Shown piece after piece: positions 58,944 through 64,000 of a DNA stretch of 64,000 bases. The notes under the pieces are model-generated. The model did no database searches. It had not been told where the DNA came from and saw only the letters and a program-made list of their open reading frames with translations. Origin of the DNA: a virus (Duplodnaviria; Caudoviricetes); IMG/VR virus record IMGVR_UViG_3300026549_000032, positions 32,001-96,000 of that record; one strand, given 5' to 3'. The first letter of the stretch is position 1. Each line of letters begins with the position of its first letter. The position numbers were made by a program, and so were the translations under genes.

Positions 58944-59566
58944 AAGTATTCGTAGTGGGACCCAGTGTCGGGTATTCAAGATTTATTGAGGACCTGGAAC
59001 TGGTTGACGACATGAAGGACGCACAAGTAGTCCTTTTCACTGGAGGCGAGGATATCAATCCTGAATTGTATGGATGTAAGAAACATCCGTCTACTTGGTT
59101 CAATACCAAGCGTGACCAATTCGAGGTTGAGTCTTTCAAGAAAGTCGCCTCAGACCAACTTTGCGTGGGTATATGCCGTGGATTTCAGCTTTTCTCAGCT
59201 ATGTATGGCGGGAAGTTAGCTCAAGACGTATCAGGTCACTGGTGCGGACGGAGTCACAGCATAACCAACGGAAAGATAACTTATGAGATTACGTCTCTCC
59301 ATCATCAGATGGTATATCCATTTAACCTGGATCAGAAGGATTTCGAAATCCTCTACTGGGCTGAAGGAATAAGCCACTACTATGAGGGAGATGGAATTGA
59401 TCCTAAGTTCTTTAGTATGTTTGGCGAGCCTGAGGTAGCTCTCTTCCATAGGGAGGGACTTCCGACGTGTCTTGGTGTGCAAGGTCACCCTGAGATGATG
59501 GCAGGTTCACCAGTTGCGAAGATGATTAATGATTTAATTCGTCAAAACATAAAGAGATGTCAATAA
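58940..59566 (+). CDS. Class I glutamine amidotransferase / peptidase C26 (gamma-glutamyl hydrolase-like)
   Basis: FTGGEDINP.LYG, RD..E, GICRGFQ (Cys nucleophile), SLHHQ, GVQGHPE (His-Glu). Confidence 0.9.
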   Translation: MKVFVVGPSVGYSRFIEDLELVDDMKDAQVVLFTGGEDINPELYGCKKHPSTWFNTKRDQFEVESFKKVASDQLCVGICRGFQLFSAMYGGKLAQDVSGHWCGRSHSITNGKITYEITSLHHQMVYPFNLDQKDFEILYWAEGISHYYEGDGIDPKFFSMFGEPEVALFHREGLPTCLGVQGHPEMMAGSPVAKMINDLIRQNIKRCQ

Positions 59567-60619
59567 AAGATATAACAATTGGAGCAGATCCTGAGTTGTT
59601 TATCATAAACAAGAAGACAGGAAAGGTCGTATCATCCATAGGATTGATCCCTGGTGAAAAGGGTAATCCTTGGGTAGGCGAAGACATGCCTACAGGATTT
59701 GGCTTGGAGATTGATAATATCTTGGCAGAATTCAACATTCCTCCTGTTACGGACGGACTCAGTTTCGTCAATAACATCGAGTATATGAAGAAGTATATTG
59801 AAAGATTTGTAAGTGAGAAGGACCCGAATCTCGGAATCCTTTGCGCTGCAAGTCAATCAGTGCCATCAGATCAGCTCCAGTCAGACGAGGCAAAACAGTT
59901 CGGCTGCAGCGTCGACTACAATGCCTATACGGGAGGTCCTAATCCTAAGCCAAAGGGTGAGACGACAAACTTAAGAAGTGCAGGTCAACGAAGGCCTGAA
60001 GCGCAGTAATGCGCCGTTGAATAAATCAAAAACGGTAAACGAGTAGATAACTAGTCTTGAATACCGTGCTAACCTAGGGAACTAAAGAACCCTAGACAGT
60101 GTAACGCATAGAGGTTGAACCTCATCAAACGATGAGAATAAAATATCTCCACGAGTGATTTACTCCAGGATTGCCTGGATGAAAATATATGCTGAACTTA
60201 CGGAAATTATCTAGGACCGTAAGAGCTATAGGATAAAAAGCCTATAGGGTAACAAATTGTTTCATATCCATATTGGATACAAAAACTATAATGCAGATAC
60301 CTCTATCCAGTTGGTCAAATATCTGGATCAGTATCTCGGAATCCCGTCGATTATTCGAGACCAGGACAAAAAGAGAAGATCTCTATACGGTAAAGCCGGT
60401 TGTTTCCGACTTACGGGCTACGGAGTAGAGTACCGAGTACTATCTTCTGCCCTCATGAAAGATGAGGAGAGCCTGGATTTCGTATGGCAGAGAACGATGC
60501 GTGCCATTCAGATGTATAATGAAGGTGCAAGTCTCTTGCCAACTGCAGTCGTGCAAGATATCATTAACAATACAAAAGTTAAGACCGCTGAACAGGTCAT
60601 TGCCGACTACAATCTCTAA
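59557..60619 (+). CDS. phiEco32-like COOH-NH2 ligase type 2, spliced: join(59557..59985,60260..60619), 262 aa
   Basis: IGADPELF, DNILAEFNIPP, FGC..DYNAY, RSAG|FHIHIGY, RRSLYGKAG.FR...YGVEYRVLS; motif restored in frame by removing the intron. Confidence 0.9.
59986..60259 (+). ncRNA. Group I self-splicing intron (274 nt, no homing endonuclease)
   Basis: P1 CAGGU/GCCUG with U.G at the 5' splice site; P2 GCGCA-GUAA-UGCGC; P3 UAAAUCA/UGAUUUA; P4 ACGGUA/UACCGU; P7 A(C)GCAUA/UAUGCU; P8 UCCAGG/CCUGGA; P9 CUUACGG/CCGUAAG and CUAUAGG/CCUAUAG; terminal omega-G at 60259. Confidence 0.92.
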
Positions 60620-60627
60620 AGATATAC

Positions 60628-60730
60628 CCGCTGCGAGGAGAGTTTCCGCACTTAACCGTGTGGGCTCTCATTCAGCGGTGATAGAAAATAAATCATTAAT
60701 TTAGTTATAAACAAAAAATTTTAGCAGCGG
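60628..60730 (+). promoter_or_regulatory. Structured intergenic RNA element upstream of GATase-II
   Basis: CCGCTG..GAGAGT..CCGCAC/GTGTGG.GCTCTC..CAGCGG long hairpin; second GCAGCGG immediately before the ATG. Confidence 0.55.
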
Positions 60731-62209
60731 ATGTGTGGCATATTTTCGATAATTAACTCGAAACCACGTAAATTTGACTATACGACCTTTTGTGTATTAG
60801 GAGTTAATAATGACTCTCGCGGAGGTGATAGTTGTGGAGTATTCATTGACGGACTTTGGGAAGTCGGAGTAGATAAAAAGAAAGAATTCCGAGACTTTTT
60901 CAAGGAGAGTTCCGTCCTGAATCGAATTAAAGGTAAGAACGTAAGTATCGCCCTCGGACATTGTCGAAAGGCATCTGTCGGTGGCGTATCAGATAAGACG
61001 GCTCAGCCTGTAGTCTTAACGGACAAGGCAGGGAACGCCAAGTTTGTAATGATTCACAATGGCACCATTCATAACTATGAAGAGCTCGCCAAGAAGTATA
61101 TCCCGAAGATAGATATCAAGGGTCTGACCGATTCTCAGGTCATGGCTAGAATATTCTATTACAAGGGCTATGACTGTCTGTCCGAATATAACGGCGGATC
61201 AGTATTCTTGATTGTGGATTATAGACAACCTGAGCCAAGAATCCTCATATTCAGAGGAGCTAGTAAGAAGTATTCAACTTCTACAACCATCGAGGAAGAG
61301 AGACCATTCTACTTCATCCAGAACAAGAATGAGTTTGTCTGCTCTTCCATCGACAAGTATTTAGAGGTACTCCGTCCAGACGATGAAGTATTCACCGTTG
61401 AGGATAATGTCCTGATTCAGGTACTTCCTGGTGACATTGTAAATGTTAAGTCTTATGACCGTAGCAATTGTCAGCAGAGCAAGGTTGTCAACTATACTAC
61501 CAGTAATTCTTATGGAACTGTTTGGCAGGGCAACCAAGGCGGAAGTACTTATGGTGGCACTTATTATCAGGGTGGTGGCTATCGTGGAGGTGCTGGTGTT
61601 GGACATACAACTCCGGCCGTTGGTTCTGAATTTAACAGAGGAGGCACGTCAACGGGGAGCTCTATTGACAGAGTCACCTCGATTGGGCCCAAGTTTCTCA
61701 GACCCGACAAAACCACAAACATCTACTTCACAGACAAAGCCAAAACAATCCCCGCCCACGGACAGCTCTCAATCAACGACTTCGGCCGCATGTATACAGG
61801 AGAAGCTGCCAAAGAGGAATCCTCACATACAGTCAAAGAGATCTGGTTTTTTAACGGGATTGCTCTCTTGGATGTTGAGTATTTTAGATTCCTCGAGTTC
61901 GCATTGAAGAAGTCGAAGATGAGTAAGGAAGAGTTTATGACGAAGTATCAGAACCTGATCAGGTTTGTGAGCCTCGATAAGCTCTACTCTATGAACGGAT
62001 CATTCCATCTTGCGACTGGCTTCTCCTCTCACAGACCATTCACTGGTGAATTCCAGATGATAGGTGATTCATTCGTTAGCGAGTTCAAGGACGGTCAGAC
62101 TTCATGTTATCGAAACATAAAGAACTATGATCATCCATTGGACCTATTGGGAACCAAAGGAATAAGTGTAACCAAACTCTATAAACGATGCAAGTCATTG
62201 ATGAAGTAA
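60731..62209 (+). CDS. Class II (Ntn) glutamine amidotransferase
   Basis: N-terminal MCGIF, RGGDSCG, GHCRKAS, AQP, HNGTIHN, DSQV, ERP. Confidence 0.9.
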   Translation: MCGIFSIINSKPRKFDYTTFCVLGVNNDSRGGDSCGVFIDGLWEVGVDKKKEFRDFFKESSVLNRIKGKNVSIALGHCRKASVGGVSDKTAQPVVLTDKAGNAKFVMIHNGTIHNYEELAKKYIPKIDIKGLTDSQVMARIFYYKGYDCLSEYNGGSVFLIVDYRQPEPRILIFRGASKKYSTSTTIEEERPFYFIQNKNEFVCSSIDKYLEVLRPDDEVFTVEDNVLIQVLPGDIVNVKSYDRSNCQQSKVVNYTTSNSYGTVWQGNQGGSTYGGTYYQGGGYRGGAGVGHTTPAVGSEFNRGGTSTGSSIDRVTSIGPKFLRPDKTTNIYFTDKAKTIPAHGQLSINDFGRMYTGEAAKEESSHTVKEIWFFNGIALLDVEYFRFLEFALKKSKMSKEEFMTKYQNLIRFVSLDKLYSMNGSFHLATGFSSHRPFTGEFQMIGDSFVSEFKDGQTSCYRNIKNYDHPLDLLGTKGISVTKLYKRCKSLMK

Positions 62210-63447
62210 CAAGGAACGAGGTTAACTCCAAAAATTGCAAACGAATAATCGTTGGCTGGGAGAAGGAAGGAGGTTGGATAGAAGGTTATACCTCTCATGT
62301 GGATAAGTGCATACCAGCATGTATCCAGTATAAAGATGGGAGGATAGAGGAACGCCTGATCCTAGGAAGCTCCGAGGCTGGTAAGAATGTGTTTTTCAGT
62401 AATCTCAATGGACGCTATATGTGTCGATTGGGAATGGATAACGAGACTTACCTGAGGGAGAGATATACTAGAGGTAATGGTGCATTCCCGTACCACTTCG
62501 AAAGAAGGTATGAAGCCGTGGAGAACTTCAGTCTCTTTAATCGAAAGCAGAAGATTGTTGGGACTAAGAAGACAAAGTATCCGATCTCTAAGCACTTGAA
62601 GTATACGTTTGGATTGGAATTCGAGACCAGTGAAGGTTATATTCCAGAGGACCTCTGTTTCAGAGATGGACTAATTCCTCTCAGGGATGGTTCCATAAGC
62701 GGTCTTGAGTATTCAACGGTTGTACTAGAGGGAAACAATGGTATATCCCTGCTTCATCAGAGCTTACATGACCTGAGGAAGTATACTGGTTTTAATAAGG
62801 AGTGTTCCTTGCATATTCATATGGGAGGATATCCACTAGAGCCAGATAGGATATATGCCCTCTATGTGACGTGTTATCGTCTACAACCGGCTCTCCAAAA
62901 CATCTTACCTGCTTTGACATTCCGCACAAGCAAATATAAAGCAAGTGGAAAGGATTATTGCAACCTGATGCCAGCGTTCTATAGTTTCGACGAACTATTC
63001 CAAGGACTAGTAGGGCGCAGGTATATGGGATCATTGGTACAGCCACATCCTAATGATATCGAAAGAAAAAGAAAGTGGCAAATTAATACGCGCTATTTCT
63101 GGTTGAACCTGATTAACATGATATGTTATGATGTTAACAAAACAGTTGAGTTCAGGTTCCTTAGACCTACTTACAATTTTAGAAAGATAGTGACTTGGAT
63201 CTATATCTTCAATGGTATCCTAAAGTTCTGTGAGGAGAATTGGAGATTCATAAGTCACGACCTAAGCAAGCCTCTCTCTTTGGTAGAGATTATGAGGCGA
63301 GCATATCCTAAAGATGTTGCTGATAAGATTGAAGGCGAGATTATTAAGTTGTCAATACTCGTGCAGAATCAGCACAAGAATGGTGATAATATTGGCCAGG
63401 ATATCTCCTTTGAGGAAGAGCTCTTCCCTGAGGATGTCCTACTATGA
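62188..63447 (+). CDS. Putative amidoligase (Amidoligase_2, glutamine-synthetase-like)
   Basis: TFGLEFE, DGSI.G.EY, CSLHIHMG, RY..LN, TVEFR. Confidence 0.85.
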   Translation: MQVIDEVTRNEVNSKNCKRIIVGWEKEGGWIEGYTSHVDKCIPACIQYKDGRIEERLILGSSEAGKNVFFSNLNGRYMCRLGMDNETYLRERYTRGNGAFPYHFERRYEAVENFSLFNRKQKIVGTKKTKYPISKHLKYTFGLEFETSEGYIPEDLCFRDGLIPLRDGSISGLEYSTVVLEGNNGISLLHQSLHDLRKYTGFNKECSLHIHMGGYPLEPDRIYALYVTCYRLQPALQNILPALTFRTSKYKASGKDYCNLMPAFYSFDELFQGLVGRRYMGSLVQPHPNDIERKRKWQINTRYFWLNLINMICYDVNKTVEFRFLRPTYNFRKIVTWIYIFNGILKFCEENWRFISHDLSKPLSLVEIMRRAYPKDVADKIEGEIIKLSILVQNQHKNGDNIGQDISFEEELFPEDVLL

Positions 63448-63465
63448 GAAAGAAAAAGAAACGGT

Positions 63466-63732
63466 TTAGCACACCGTTTTCTTTTCGAATGGATTTTCTA
63501 TGATCATATAGGCAGCAGGGATATAGAGAACGTCATCTCCTTCCTCTGCATACATATTCTCCGCATTCGCTGGGGAGGTTTTAACAGCCATGAGAATCTC
63601 TGGGACAACTGTGTTCCCAATGATTATGTCCTGTTTAGCATAGAGAAGCATTGTCCCAATGGGAATACTCTCCCAATCCTTTTTGTAATCGTTAGGATTG
63701 CTATAATCACTCTGTCTTATCCACTCCATCAT
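63466..63732 (-). CDS. Hypothetical protein
   Basis: ORF; start placed at MMEW to minimise overlap. Confidence 0.5.
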   Translation of the reverse strand: MMEWIRQSDYSNPNDYKKDWESIPIGTMLLYAKQDIIIGNTVVPEILMAVKTSPANAENMYAEEGDDVLYIPAAYMIIENPFEKKTVC

Positions 63733-64000
63733 ACTTCTTAAGTCTTTCTTTGAGTCGTTCAATTTTTCTAGCTTTCTCTTCGATAAAAGCGGGCTCTACA
63801 TTAAATGCAACGAGCATTTGTTCTACCATGATACTAACGTCCGCGAGTTCTGTAACAATATCGGGAAGTTCAACTCTTCCTCGTCTATACTTACAGATTG
63901 CGTTGGCCAATTCACTCATCTCCTCTAGGAGCATGAATACTTGGTCCTCAATGCCCCACTTAGAGAGGGCTTCAATGTAAACTTCTATGTCTTCTTTCTT
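63707..64000 (-). CDS. MazG-like NTP pyrophosphohydrolase (5' truncated by window end)
   Basis: Frame open to the window end; 'WG...Q..MLLEEMSEL..AI.K', 'ELADV.IMVEQ', 'K..RL'. Confidence 0.8.
   Translation of the reverse strand, partial: KKEDIEVYIEALSKWGIEDQVFMLLEEMSELANAICKYRRGRVELPDIVTELADVSIMVEQMLVAFNVEPAFIEEKARKIERLKERLKKYDGVDKTE

Noticed and set aside
60257-60619. Independent 120-aa gene with TTG start, or a frameshift/pseudogene explanation for the split ligase
   Set aside because: The TTG ends at the intron's terminal G; the 274-nt gap folds as a group I core and its removal restores the motif exactly
1-64000. Alternative genetic code (TAG/TGA recoding as in some gut phages)
   Set aside because: ORFs up to 2653 aa are intact in the standard code with dense tiling, and TAG/TGA stops are followed directly by the next start

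Overview
This 64-kb window is a segment of a large tailed dsDNA phage genome in the standard genetic code. The host is probably Bacteroidota/Prevotella-like, inferred from A-rich Shine-Dalgarno-less starts, TA-N4-TG promoter boxes and Bacteroidales-phage-type tail domains. Positions 1-36.4 kb are a co-directional late/virion operon: giant tail/baseplate proteins, a holin-like gene, an amidase endolysin, many fibre proteins, and an adjacent pair of giant proteins with a purple-acid-phosphatase domain and a CotH-like kinase domain. Positions 36.4-64 kb hold mixed-orientation early/middle genes: metallophosphoesterases, an ATP-grasp protein, a probable DGR-target C-lectin-fold protein, an SF2 helicase-like gene beside a repeat-rich origin-like region, an ETNSSS protein plus radical SAM enzyme, IF-1, ClpC, ClpP, EndoV, HAD, MazG-like, and a phiEco32-type amidoligase/glutamine-amidotransferase cluster. 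The strongest hidden signals are (i) an ORF-less 274-nt group I intron (59986-60259) splitting the COOH-NH2 ligase inside its RSAG/FHIHIG motif; (ii) a recurring CCTTA-N4-TG promoter box 1-3 nt before many start codons, implying leaderless mRNAs; (iii) unannotated small ORFs and an internal in-frame start upstream of the ligase cluster; and (iv) an orphan DGR-like variable region. All family assignments come from motif recognition by eye; no searches were run.
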